Of a DNA stretch of 64,000 nucleotides, positions 30,099 to 39,706 are shown piece by piece. The notes under the pieces are model-generated. The model had not been told where the DNA came from and did not search any database. It was given only the letters and a program-made list of their open reading frames with translations. Both the position numbers and the translations under genes were made by a program. Positions within the stretch are counted from its first letter, which is position 1. The number at the start of each line of letters is the position of its first letter. This stretch comes from Giardia intestinalis. Lineage: Eukaryota. Location: the NCBI GenBank assembly GCA_000002435.2, contig CM018791.1; one strand, given 5' to 3'.

Positions 30099-33065
30099 TT
30101 ATTCTTTCACAAGGCCTCGCAGTATCTCTAATTGATCTCTTCGCAAAAACGCCGTAGCAAAGATAACGCCCTGAGTCCGTGGAATCTTGGTTTTAACGGC
30201 TCGCGGAGCAACTTGGAGAGAATATACTACAGCAATAAGACAAAATGCCACCAGCAGCGGATTATCCTTAAAATGTGAAGTGCAGTAGGTTAGAAGAGTA
30301 TCTACTGACAAACCGGCTATCATGAACAAGCGAAGAATCTCCGACCCGACCCCCTCTAAAGCAGTATTAAATGTTCTGTAGACAAGAATCTCACTCAAAG
30401 GGACGATGTCAGGTGACATCGCTGCCGTACGTAGAAGATAAATAAACAGTCTATCCACAGGAGACACAAACACAGATGGGTTTTCCAAGGCTAGCGCATA
30501 AGCAGTTTTAATCATCCTGAAGTCTCCTGCGCTGAGACCAATTGTTTCGCCCCCAGACTGCGAGGATGCAACTAGCCTACATAGCTCGTTCCTAGAGGCA
30601 GGGCCATCAAAAGCCCCCTGGCCTAAATTAACTATTGTCGCTGCACGCTCTGAGTACCAAGCTGCGTAGGAATATATCTTATTCCACTGGTAGCAAAGCA
30701 AAATTAGTTCAGGCGACTCTGCAGAGGCCTTCAAAATAAGGTAAAGCGATGTTCTAGAAAGGTTGTCCCTAAGAAATGGGTAATTTGACTTTGACTTGAC
30801 TTGAAGAGCTACATACAGCTGAAGTATATAAATAGAATCCGGATCTGGTTTGTTCGCAGGTCCATAGCTAGCCAGTACGAAGTCCTCAGTAAGCTGGTGG
30901 ACTTCTTTCTTAGTCGGACTAGAGAGGACAAAAGTTTTAGCGTCGACCAAAGAACGAATAACATTACGTGAGCAAGCTTCGAGTGGACTCGTTGATGCAT
31001 TTGGCAGAGTAGAGTCTTCTTGCATTTTGTTTTCCTCAGAACTATATGATGACAAACAAGAAGAGGCTAGATGCACTCCGGGATGCAGCACCGCTTGTAT
31101 CGCATCGTACATGCTATAGAGGTGAGATGAGCTCTTGTCTGTGAGCGTGCCGTTAACTCTGTCTAAAAGCTCATTGAGGGCTTGCTTAAAGGATGCGACT
31201 TGCAAACACACGCCTCCATAATTGAAATAGGTAAGAATGGAAAGGGTTAGATACTGAAAATTATGCTTAGCTATTAACGATGCAGAAGTGTGTTGCTTCC
31301 ACGTCTGCAGGAGCAAATCAACAAGACGACCAAATGCTCCATGGTCAAGGGGGAAAATACAATCAAGCACAGCATCATCAAGACTGCTATAGAGCGAACC
31401 CTGCTTCCCCAGAAACCCAATCTTTGTTGTGAAAATAAGAGATGAGTCAGAAAGCCCTGTGAGATCAACAACAATTTCCTTCAGCTTTTCAAAATCGTAC
31501 GTTTTGATATCATATTTGAACATCACTAGATATAAGTTGACTGTCGCTAAGCGCAACTCATTGATAGTGAGAATCCTATCTGGAAGCGGTTTTATCAAAG
31601 CGTATATGCATTCAAAAATTTCGCCTATTGCTTTCACATGAAGAGACTGAGAAAACGCATCGAAAAGAGCAACAAACCTTTCAAGGCAACGCGCAAAGAC
31701 AGAATCTAGCCCCTCGTGGCGCGACTCAGTGTAGTTCTTGGTCCACTTCATGTGCGTAGCAAGTGTACGGAAGAATGTGACTAGCACACTATTATAGCAG
31801 TCGACAAATGCCTCTGGAACATTATCTGGGAAGCTCTTTGCTATGCGTACAAGGCCGATAAGCAGTTTTTCAAAGCCAGCCAGCATGGTCATGTAGCTGT
31901 TTTCCGGGGGCTTTGCCCGAGCACTGTGTCCGTGCAGTTGGGGTTTTGGAGAGTTTAGCCCGGAAAATATCCGATCGCTGACACTCGCAATGATCAGAAG
32001 AAGTTCGAGGGAGAAAAATATTGATCGCTCGGTCTGTTTCGAAGAGACGACATCTGGATAAAGCTGGGGGTGGGAAACTAGCCTATGTGCAAGTAAAACT
32101 AAAGAAGAAAGAGTACCCATTAAAATTTCAATAGGGTCACCGTTGGAATTACTTAGAAAATGGTCCCAAAAGGAAACATAGTCTGCCCAACTGATGACTG
32201 TCTTAGTCCCGGTGATGTGGAGTATTGGATTGTGGCCTTCCTTGACATTGGTTGGAGCTGCTTTCCCATTTTTCCCTTGCTCAAGGGGTTGCAAAGTCAG
32301 ATAATTGAGGCTATATGTAGGCATGTAAGAACTATTAGCATACGAAGCACTTATACCAACGAGCTCTGGAACCGACAGTTCCAGCACTCTATAGATAACG
32401 AGTTCCAGCATCTGCCAGAATAGCGCTGACATGGTGATAAATAGTGGGTCTGCACGCTTCTTTCCATGCGCAGATGCTTCAGAGCCAACAGGCCTGTGAC
32501 TATTCAAACCAGTTGCAGCTGTGGATGCGGATCGGCGATCAATATTGGCGAATTGAAAGAGAAGACTGGTCTCTATAGAGTTGGCTAAAATGACATTCTG
32601 ACCCAGAACACGGATGGTCCTTGTAAGTAAGTACGCCGAATCATGTCCCAAGGCGCAGTGCAATAGGAGATTTGTGACAGCCAGGAAAGTCATATCTTGT
32701 TGATTTCCTGTTATTGCAGAAAGAAAAGTCAAGAGAGTATTCCTGTGCTCTGGTCTCCAAAGGGGAAGAAGGGCGAGAATGGGAAGGTCCAGGTCTATGT
32801 GCATGTGGTGACGCAGAAGATAGTCAATAATTACCTGCCTGCAAGAACTATCAGTTGTTAACAGGAGAATGCGTAGAAGTTCACGTGTAACTCTGTTGTC
32901 TGTGAGCATGGATGTGTCCTCAACCCTTTCTACAATACCGGATGGATCGACTGTTTCGCCACTGTTTAACGATTGCACAGTCTTCCTCAAAAAATCAATT
33001 GCTTCTTTCACCTTCAAGCAACCGCTATTGAGTCGTAGAAGGCCCGATTTGTGCACATCAAACAT
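30099..33065 (-). CDS. Large hypothetical protein, about 988 aa from the first ATG. The ORF track starts at a TTG (33095). It may be joined to the 103-aa ORF upstream (see findings).
   Basis: 3-kb open frame with no recognised domain. The first codon of the tracked ORF is TTG, and the first ATG is codon 11. Confidence 0.55.
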   Translation of the reverse strand: MFDVHKSGLLRLNSGCLKVKEAIDFLRKTVQSLNSGETVDPSGIVERVEDTSMLTDNRVTRELLRILLLTTDSSCRQVIIDYLLRHHMHIDLDLPILALLPLWRPEHRNTLLTFLSAITGNQQDMTFLAVTNLLLHCALGHDSAYLLTRTIRVLGQNVILANSIETSLLFQFANIDRRSASTAATGLNSHRPVGSEASAHGKKRADPLFITMSALFWQMLELVIYRVLELSVPELVGISASYANSSYMPTYSLNYLTLQPLEQGKNGKAAPTNVKEGHNPILHITGTKTVISWADYVSFWDHFLSNSNGDPIEILMGTLSSLVLLAHRLVSHPQLYPDVVSSKQTERSIFFSLELLLIIASVSDRIFSGLNSPKPQLHGHSARAKPPENSYMTMLAGFEKLLIGLVRIAKSFPDNVPEAFVDCYNSVLVTFFRTLATHMKWTKNYTESRHEGLDSVFARCLERFVALFDAFSQSLHVKAIGEIFECIYALIKPLPDRILTINELRLATVNLYLVMFKYDIKTYDFEKLKEIVVDLTGLSDSSLIFTTKIGFLGKQGSLYSSLDDAVLDCIFPLDHGAFGRLVDLLLQTWKQHTSASLIAKHNFQYLTLSILTYFNYGGVCLQVASFKQALNELLDRVNGTLTDKSSSHLYSMYDAIQAVLHPGVHLASSCLSSYSSEENKMQEDSTLPNASTSPLEACSRNVIRSLVDAKTFVLSSPTKKEVHQLTEDFVLASYGPANKPDPDSIYILQLYVALQVKSKSNYPFLRDNLSRTSLYLILKASAESPELILLCYQWNKIYSYAAWYSERAATIVNLGQGAFDGPASRNELCRLVASSQSGGETIGLSAGDFRMIKTAYALALENPSVFVSPVDRLFIYLLRTAAMSPDIVPLSEILVYRTFNTALEGVGSEILRLFMIAGLSVDTLLTYCTSHFKDNPLLVAFCLIAVVYSLQVAPRAVKTKIPRTQGVIFATAFLRRDQLEILRGLVKE

Positions 33066-33116
33066 CGAGCCAATTAATTGAAAAACACTCTGCAATTCAG
33101 TGTAAAATGGCCTTTT

Positions 33117-33428
33117 TCACACTTCATTTTGTTTGTCTAGTCTGTACATATGGATGAGACGCGGATCTGTGACTTCCACCTCCTTCAGACGGTTACACAG
33201 ATTGGAGTACTGCTGCTTGGAAAGAGCCCGTGGGTTTAGGACGGAAGCTAGCCGCTCCACTATCGATTTACCGAATTGATGGAAATCAATGAAACAAGAA
33301 TTGTAGATGCAGTCTATGATAATTTGACAGCATAGATCTTCATTCTTATTCAAGGACAGCATCCCGAGGATCATGGAGCGGGCTATCTGTGGGGATCCCG
33401 ATGGTGGTCTTATACTTGTCGGGGTCAT
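33117..33428 (-). CDS. Small hypothetical protein, 103 aa. It is in the same frame as the downstream 998-aa ORF, separated by a single TGA.
   Basis: ATG at 33428 with the strong AT-rich initiator 'gttaaaaaataaATG'. The stop TGA at 33117-33119 is in frame with the 30099..33095 ORF. Confidence 0.4.
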   Translation of the reverse strand: MTPTSIRPPSGSPQIARSMILGMLSLNKNEDLCCQIIIDCIYNSCFIDFHQFGKSIVERLASVLNPRALSKQQYSNLCNRLKEVEVTDPRLIHMYRLDKQNEV

Positions 33429-33481
33429 TTATTTTTTAACAGAATCAAGATCGTAGCTATTCACGGGCCTACGCCTTAACC
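33429..33481. promoter_or_regulatory. 53-bp bidirectional promoter region between divergent ATGs (33428 minus, 33482 plus).
   Basis: The AT-rich 'tttattttttaac' abuts the minus-strand ATG. Giardia promoters are short AT-rich initiators (established knowledge). Confidence 0.35.
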
Positions 33482-35353
33482 ATGGCACATCCATACGCAG
33501 CATTCTTACTACTATTGCTAGTCTTTTATGCTGGAGCAGCAGCAGTGTTATACATGCTCGGGCATCGGCGGCGATTAAGCACGGGAACGATGACGCTTCA
33601 CAGACGGCTTCAAGTCGAATACGGGCTCTATCAAGATAGAGGAAGAAGGCCGACCATGGAGGACGCCCATACCGTCGTGTCATCGCTGCCCATTCCGCAG
33701 CTTGAGGAGCAAGACGAGGGCAATACCACTGTTTCTCTTTTTGCGATAATGGACGGTCACTGCGGTGACTCTGCATCGTACTACTCTGCAGCACAACTAG
33801 CCTCTAAGGTATCCGAGTGCTGGCCGTGCTGCATGACAACCTCTTCTATTGTGAGTTCACTACATAATGCTCACATATTGATGGATGCACAGTTCTTGGA
33901 AATAGCCCGTTCTTCAAATATTCTTGCTGGATGCACGTGTCTTTCCACTGTTATAGTTACAGAAGCCCATAGAATCCGCATTTTCACGGCCAACCTCGGA
34001 GACAGCCGGGCTATTCTGTGCAGGCATGGGGCCTTTTCAGCGTGGCTTAAGTTTTCTCCACCAAGTGCTGCCGCAGAAGCCAATGCCAATCGGCTTAATT
34101 TGATTTCCTTCTTTCCTGGGTCGCGCCTTGTCATACCTCTTTCACTGGATCAAAAACCAAACATTTCTCCGGACAGAGAGCGAATAGAAGCTGCAGGTGC
34201 ATTTACTTATCCATCGCTAATTAAGTATAAAGATAAGATAGCCATTAGGGGGCCCCATCGCATTTTCCCGGGCGGATTAGCTGTACCCCGTGCTATTGGT
34301 GATCTTCCTTATAAGGATATGACATACCTCAACTCCCTTGGCGTGTCGGCGCCGCTGGTTTCTAGCGACCCCGTTATTTCCATCTATGACCTTACAGAGC
34401 AAGACGAGTTTATTCTGCAAGCCTGTGACGGCCTCTGGGACGTAATATCCTCAAAAGAAGCGGCTATTTTTGCCTCAGTCATGCACTATATTCATCAATT
34501 GGCTCGAATGCCACACAAGGCCTTTAAGAAACTCCGGCGGCCCCTCAAGCAAATTCTTTTCAAGATGGGCGTCACGTCCTACTACTCACCTACAAGTGTG
34601 GCAGTCGCAGAGGCGCTCTGTAACCATGCAAAGCTGCGTGGGAGTCAGGATAACGTTACTGTGTCTGTTATATTTCCAGAGTTCATTAAATCAAAATCCT
34701 CGATTATTGATGCACGGTTAAGCGCACCACGCAATATTTTAAATTATAAAACTAACAAACCTATGCTCCATCAAGATCTTGAAGCCCCTTCTCTCAATCT
34801 GTCTATGCCTGCACAGAGTCCACATAGCTCTCAAACTCCTCAATCTTCCCAGGATACCTTCCCTTCTGAGTACTCCTGCTGCTCTCCTAGTTCCATCCTG
34901 AGCACGTTTCAAGGCATTCGAGGCTCGGCTAAAGTCACCGACATTGACTCGCTGGTATCAGCGGCTAATCTTATTATAGAGCTTTTCTCGAACATCAACA
35001 ACTTTGATGATCTTGTAGACGTATTTTCAAATGTATTTCTAGACGATATTTTCTCTGTGGAGTCATACGTGTCCGAATCGATGGCCTGTCTATGTAATGA
35101 ACACCCTTTGGCATCAGGCGAGATCGACCTGGATCTAGATGTGTCACATTCTAAAGAATATCAAAGCACCCACGGCAATAGTGTTATCTTTGTCGATACA
35201 ACTAAAGGTGGAGAACCCTTGACGAAAATACAAGAAAAGACATTGGATCTCTGGAACGATTGTTTTAGGAAGGAGATGACAATGAGCACTTTGCGAGAAA
35301 AGCCTCACCTCACGGGAATCACAGTTGCTATGTCTGATTTTATTGAAATTTAA
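33482..35353 (+). CDS. Protein phosphatase 2C (PPM family).
   Basis: PP2C motifs 'GRRPTMEDAH', 'FAIMDGHCG', 'ACDGLWDVISSKEA' and 'GSQDNVTVSVI'. Confidence 0.88.
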   Translation: MAHPYAAFLLLLLVFYAGAAAVLYMLGHRRRLSTGTMTLHRRLQVEYGLYQDRGRRPTMEDAHTVVSSLPIPQLEEQDEGNTTVSLFAIMDGHCGDSASYYSAAQLASKVSECWPCCMTTSSIVSSLHNAHILMDAQFLEIARSSNILAGCTCLSTVIVTEAHRIRIFTANLGDSRAILCRHGAFSAWLKFSPPSAAAEANANRLNLISFFPGSRLVIPLSLDQKPNISPDRERIEAAGAFTYPSLIKYKDKIAIRGPHRIFPGGLAVPRAIGDLPYKDMTYLNSLGVSAPLVSSDPVISIYDLTEQDEFILQACDGLWDVISSKEAAIFASVMHYIHQLARMPHKAFKKLRRPLKQILFKMGVTSYYSPTSVAVAEALCNHAKLRGSQDNVTVSVIFPEFIKSKSSIIDARLSAPRNILNYKTNKPMLHQDLEAPSLNLSMPAQSPHSSQTPQSSQDTFPSEYSCCSPSSILSTFQGIRGSAKVTDIDSLVSAANLIIELFSNINNFDDLVDVFSNVFLDDIFSVESYVSESMACLCNEHPLASGEIDLDLDVSHSKEYQSTHGNSVIFVDTTKGGEPLTKIQEKTLDLWNDCFRKEMTMSTLREKPHLTGITVAMSDFIEI

Positions 35354-35413
35354 TTACTAGATTGTTAAGCACCACATCCATCGGTTTATTAACCTGAAAA
35401 TCAGCATCACCAT

Positions 35414-37381
35414 TCACTCCATTTTTGCATCTGAGTGCTTTCTCAATAGGGTATAGCACTTATTCTTATTAGTCCTATCTCCTTTGGCATTGGGACTGAG
35501 AGCCCACTCGAGTGCTGACTTTCCACTGTCTTGTCGCAATCCGAATTCTACAGGCATTAGTATGCACAAAGACTCTAATGAGCCCATTTCAGCTGCTGCC
35601 ATCAGAGCTGTGTATCCAGCTCCGCGACAGTTTGAGCTATTCGTTTGCATGCCTGCCTCTACATCAATAAGCTCGTTAACAACCGTAAAGTTATTAAGCG
35701 TGGCTGCTGCCATGAGCGCCGTCCACCCGTCTGGTCTTGCCAATTTGGCTTCATAGCTTTTAAGCATTCGAGCAGAGTTAATGTGGCCCTTCAGAGACGC
35801 TATCATTAAGGCTGTATATCCAAAGCTGTCTTTAGCTCCCTTCTCAACAGGCAATAGAACCCTCAGAACCTCATCCATGTCGTTCCACGCGGCATAATGA
35901 ATAGCCTTTCGTCCAGATTGGTCTTGCATCCCAGCTTCGACGGGAGCCAGAAGCTTTGCAGAGTCAGCAGATCCTGCCTCTATTGCTATCATGAGGGCTG
36001 TCTTGCCGTTGGTAGTTGTTTTCTTTGCCTCTTCACCCATCAACATCTTCACCAGATCAGTGCTATCAACAGATGCAGCGAGCATCAAGGCTGTTTGCCC
36101 GTGGACATCCTGCTTACCAGCCTCCAAGTCTGCCAAGAATCTAGCCGCTTCCAGAAATCCTGTGGATATAGAGATCATCAGAGCAGTCGCGCCAGAAGAG
36201 TTTTGCCTCGAAGCCTGCGAGAACATATATGCCTTGACAAGACTCATCTTCTTGTTCATTACCGCATGCATTAACGGAGTGTTTCCATCTTCGTCAACCT
36301 GTATCTCCTCCTCATCCTCTTCTTCATTTCGTTGTGCATCACCTTTTCTCATTGGAAAGTTTATTCGCCGGACAGACATGGAGGTATCTTCTAAAATAGT
36401 TTGGTCGGTTATTAGTATTGTAGGGTCCAGGATTGAATATAATGCAAACCTTTCGTTGTCAGCTGCGGTATCTTGCAGGTCCACTGAGTATGTATTTTGG
36501 GTCAGCCCTATTGGGTTTGCTTGGTTGGTGGATGCCTGCCCCGAGGACTGAGGCTTAGGAGGCATATGTGTCAGCTCGTCATAAGACCGCCTCTTGTCAG
36601 TCACTTGACTGTCTCTTTTGTAAGCTTTTGACTCTGCCAACAATGCCTCGTATTTGGCAAGTAATCTTGTGTATTCTTCTCTTGATACGGTGTCACTTCC
36701 AGGACCCTGGTTAGGCCTATTATTGACAATGAAGGATGAAAGCCCGCTCGTCAGCGCCGTAACCTCATCAAGGGCGGCTCGAAGGGTAGAGCGACAGAGA
36801 GAACAGTGTGGGCACTCAGTAACAACACCCTGTCTGATGTAGCCATAAAGCAGTTCCGTCATCGACGCTAGGGACGCCCTCTTTGCAACACCAAACGCAA
36901 TAGTCAAGTCCTGAGTGGTCCACGTAGTTGTCTTAAGCAGTTCATGAACACAATCTACATGGTTTTTAGAAACGGCGTAGTCGAGCGCTGACCATTTAAA
37001 TTCATCTCGCTCGTTACTATAGAATACCAGGAGAGCCTTTACCGATTCGGTGCACCCAGAATCAGCGGCCAACATGAGGGGGGTCCGCTTATTTGGGAGC
37101 AGCACGTCCTTCTCATAAATGGCCAAAAGCTTGCAGAGTTCAAAATTGTTTTCAAGCGCTGCAATGGAGAGAGCAGTCAGTCCTGCCTTGGTGGTGATTG
37201 AGTGCTCGTAGCGCACAAGCATCTTGACCAAGAACAGATCCTTTTCAAGGACGGCCTTCATCAGCGCTGTTTGCCCGAGTGAATCCACTGACCTCTGAAA
37301 CAAGGGTATTGCCGCTTGAATTTCCGCGTGCGCATGGGCTTTTACAGCTGAGAACCACTCTCGAACAGTTCCGATGGGCAT
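35414..37381 (-). CDS. Ankyrin-repeat protein of the Giardia Protein 21.1 family.
   Basis: At least 12 ankyrin repeats of the Giardia type, for example 'GQTALMKAV', 'GNTPLMHAVMNKK', 'GQTALMLAASVDSTDLVKML' and 'GYTALMAAAEMGSLESL'. The ATG at 37381 was verified. Confidence 0.85.
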   Translation of the reverse strand: MPIGTVREWFSAVKAHAHAEIQAAIPLFQRSVDSLGQTALMKAVLEKDLFLVKMLVRYEHSITTKAGLTALSIAALENNFELCKLLAIYEKDVLLPNKRTPLMLAADSGCTESVKALLVFYSNERDEFKWSALDYAVSKNHVDCVHELLKTTTWTTQDLTIAFGVAKRASLASMTELLYGYIRQGVVTECPHCSLCRSTLRAALDEVTALTSGLSSFIVNNRPNQGPGSDTVSREEYTRLLAKYEALLAESKAYKRDSQVTDKRRSYDELTHMPPKPQSSGQASTNQANPIGLTQNTYSVDLQDTAADNERFALYSILDPTILITDQTILEDTSMSVRRINFPMRKGDAQRNEEEDEEEIQVDEDGNTPLMHAVMNKKMSLVKAYMFSQASRQNSSGATALMISISTGFLEAARFLADLEAGKQDVHGQTALMLAASVDSTDLVKMLMGEEAKKTTTNGKTALMIAIEAGSADSAKLLAPVEAGMQDQSGRKAIHYAAWNDMDEVLRVLLPVEKGAKDSFGYTALMIASLKGHINSARMLKSYEAKLARPDGWTALMAAATLNNFTVVNELIDVEAGMQTNSSNCRGAGYTALMAAAEMGSLESLCILMPVEFGLRQDSGKSALEWALSPNAKGDRTNKNKCYTLLRKHSDAKME

Positions 37382-37448
37382 ATATGGAGCTTATCGAAGT
37401 GCTTCACAAGAAAGAAAAGGCGCTGTTTAATGCACTTGAAAAAAATTG

Positions 37449-38930
37449 ATGTGCACCTCGGTGCTTCTTCTCGGCCTTAACCTGGCGATTCTTGCTTCCC
37501 AGAGGTGGCCGCGCGCGGCAGACTCAGCAACCTACTTACTGGATCTGCATGGTGTCACAGAAGGTAAGTTTCTGGTGCCAGAGCTGGTTTCTTTTACTAG
37601 GCGACACGGACCAGCGCTTACACCCCTCCAAAAAGATAGCTTGGCGACTAACTTATTATTATACCATCCAAATCTTTATTTTCTAGCAAAGGACATAGCA
37701 GCCCAGAATGGCATAGGGGTCCATGATGTCATGTACTATTCCCTTGTGGTTGAGCTTCTTCAAGACGACTTCTTAGTAGGTGTTCATGGCAGTGAGGGTT
37801 TAGGCGGTTACCTCGCGATCTCCCAATCGTTGGGCCAAGTCTGTAACTCAAGCGCCAACCCTCTCTGCGTTGACTTCGCCAAGAATGGGGGCGCCGACGA
37901 GATCTCCCACTGGAGGTCAGACATTACTAAGTACTTCCGTGAAGCCACCTTTCTCTCCGCGCGTACAGGCCAAGTTCTGAGCCAGGCTTCTTACATGCAT
38001 GGCACCCTTAACACACAAATGCTAACCCTCAAGGACTACGTTTGCACCAGACTTCTTGGTAACACATCTACAACACCATACTTAATAGACTTCCCCACAC
38101 TAGATAAGTTTGTTGAGTTTACGCACAATCAATTTATGCTCATCAATGGACAGAGGGTTCCACTGGCTTGGCGTCTCACAGAACTGCTGCTTCAGCAGGA
38201 CTCCAGAGTTGCCTATCTTGAGGGTCATTTCTACAGCCTAGACAAAGCCCATGTACACTCCAGCTCACTCTCTTCACATCTTCTTTCATCAGAAAGCAAC
38301 GCACTCCCGTACTATCTCGCGTCCTTAGTCGCTACTCAGTCAACGTTCAAGGGTTCGTTAACAGGGGTACAGATTCCAGTCACGGACTTCAGCCCAAAAC
38401 AATTCTCTTCAACTTCGTCCTCTTATTACTTTTATCAGGCAGGTTGCACAGACTCTACAATTGAAAAGTGCAGAGCACTCAATCTAGCTATGAAAAACAA
38501 GTTACTGGAACTAAAAAATACAAGCACCCTGGCTGAGTTTTCTAATGCCATGAAGATATTCCCCATCCGTACAACCCGAACGTATGCCGTTACCACGTCC
38601 TTAGTGGGTGATATGTATCGTTACTCGAGCCAACTACAGAAGTGCACGGAGATATATGATGCCGCTAAGAAGCCTGTCGGGTGCACCGACCCACCTGTGC
38701 CCACGAATTGGCTTGTTGTCATAGGGAGTCTACTCCTTATTGGCTTAACTATAACAGCGTGGGTATATGGAATTAGATTTTCTAAGAAACTTGAGACCGG
38801 GGCATTTGACGAAGTACAGAAGAAGCTTTCAGAAAAGGCACTGGCTAGAGAGAAGGTTATTCGCGAGAACCGAGAGAAACGGTGCATATATAAGGAGTAT
38901 ATCAACCATATGAAAGAAACATCCAAATAA
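37449..38930 (+). CDS. Predicted type-I membrane protein (signal peptide plus a single C-terminal TM helix and a basic tail). The ORF track starts at a TTG (37446).
   Basis: N-terminal hydrophobic 'MMCTSVLLLGLNLAILAS', C-terminal 'WLVVIGSLLLIGLTITAWVYGI' followed by a K/R/E-rich tail. The upstream initiator is 'gaaaaaaattgATG'. Confidence 0.55.
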   Translation: MCTSVLLLGLNLAILASQRWPRAADSATYLLDLHGVTEGKFLVPELVSFTRRHGPALTPLQKDSLATNLLLYHPNLYFLAKDIAAQNGIGVHDVMYYSLVVELLQDDFLVGVHGSEGLGGYLAISQSLGQVCNSSANPLCVDFAKNGGADEISHWRSDITKYFREATFLSARTGQVLSQASYMHGTLNTQMLTLKDYVCTRLLGNTSTTPYLIDFPTLDKFVEFTHNQFMLINGQRVPLAWRLTELLLQQDSRVAYLEGHFYSLDKAHVHSSSLSSHLLSSESNALPYYLASLVATQSTFKGSLTGVQIPVTDFSPKQFSSTSSSYYFYQAGCTDSTIEKCRALNLAMKNKLLELKNTSTLAEFSNAMKIFPIRTTRTYAVTTSLVGDMYRYSSQLQKCTEIYDAAKKPVGCTDPPVPTNWLVVIGSLLLIGLTITAWVYGIRFSKKLETGAFDEVQKKLSEKALAREKVIRENREKRCIYKEYINHMKETSK

Positions 38931-38978
38931 GTCCGGATGGAGAATAACCACTCAACCGGGTAAATTCTTAACAAATCA

Positions 38979-39542
38979 TTATGTGCTTTTGGACGACTTG
39001 TGATTGGTAATAGAGGGAAGGTGTGGGCTTTCGCGACTATTAAAGTCATGTCTTGGTAGGGTACCAAGCACACTCTTTTCTGCAGGAGAAGACGGGGGAA
39101 GAAACTGGCAAGATATGGGTGTTCCTGTTTTGTTAATGAAGCACTCGTATGGAGTCAAATGAACAGGCGAGCCACGGGGATGGGGATAGAACTTTTTCCC
39201 TGACTCATAGACCAAGACCTGACCTTGTTGCTGAAGCTTAGACCGCGTGTTCGGCTGGCAAGAGGGAGTTTTCGGATCATAGGGTCCACAAGCCATCATA
39301 GAAACACTTAAAGGTGGGTCATAGAGACACGAAGTAGTTGATGAAGTGGCACTCAATGAAGGCGTGGCCAGCCTTGATAAAGTTGAGGAGTCTACCTCTT
39401 GCGAGAGGGGGGATAATCTAGAATAAGGCAAAGTGGTTGAAGAAGGCCCAGATGGCTGAAAAGTTGACGAATGTGGCACTGTATCTGACTCAGAAGATGG
39501 TTGCCGGACATGCGGTATGTTTGACTTACGAGATTCCGCCAT
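38979..39542 (-). CDS. Hypothetical S/P/T-rich low-complexity protein, 187 aa.
   Basis: ATG at 39542 with the AT-rich initiator 'cttaaaaaactggcaaaaATG'. Low-complexity composition. It lies directly adjacent to the start of the 51-bp array. Confidence 0.35.
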   Translation of the reverse strand: MAESRKSNIPHVRQPSSESDTVPHSSTFQPSGPSSTTLPYSRLSPLSQEVDSSTLSRLATPSLSATSSTTSCLYDPPLSVSMMACGPYDPKTPSCQPNTRSKLQQQGQVLVYESGKKFYPHPRGSPVHLTPYECFINKTGTPISCQFLPPSSPAEKSVLGTLPRHDFNSRESPHLPSITNHKSSKST

Positions 39543-39706
39543 TTTTGCCAGTTTTTTAAGATCCGAATAACAAGAAACGCACGGGGTGTAAAGAAAAATG
39601 AGATAGAATACATACGGTTAAAGAGCAGTTAGCTTTAGACTGTGAACAAAACGCAGGTGGCACTATTATATAATATGGTCGAGGCGTAGAGGTCCACTAG
39701 AAACGT

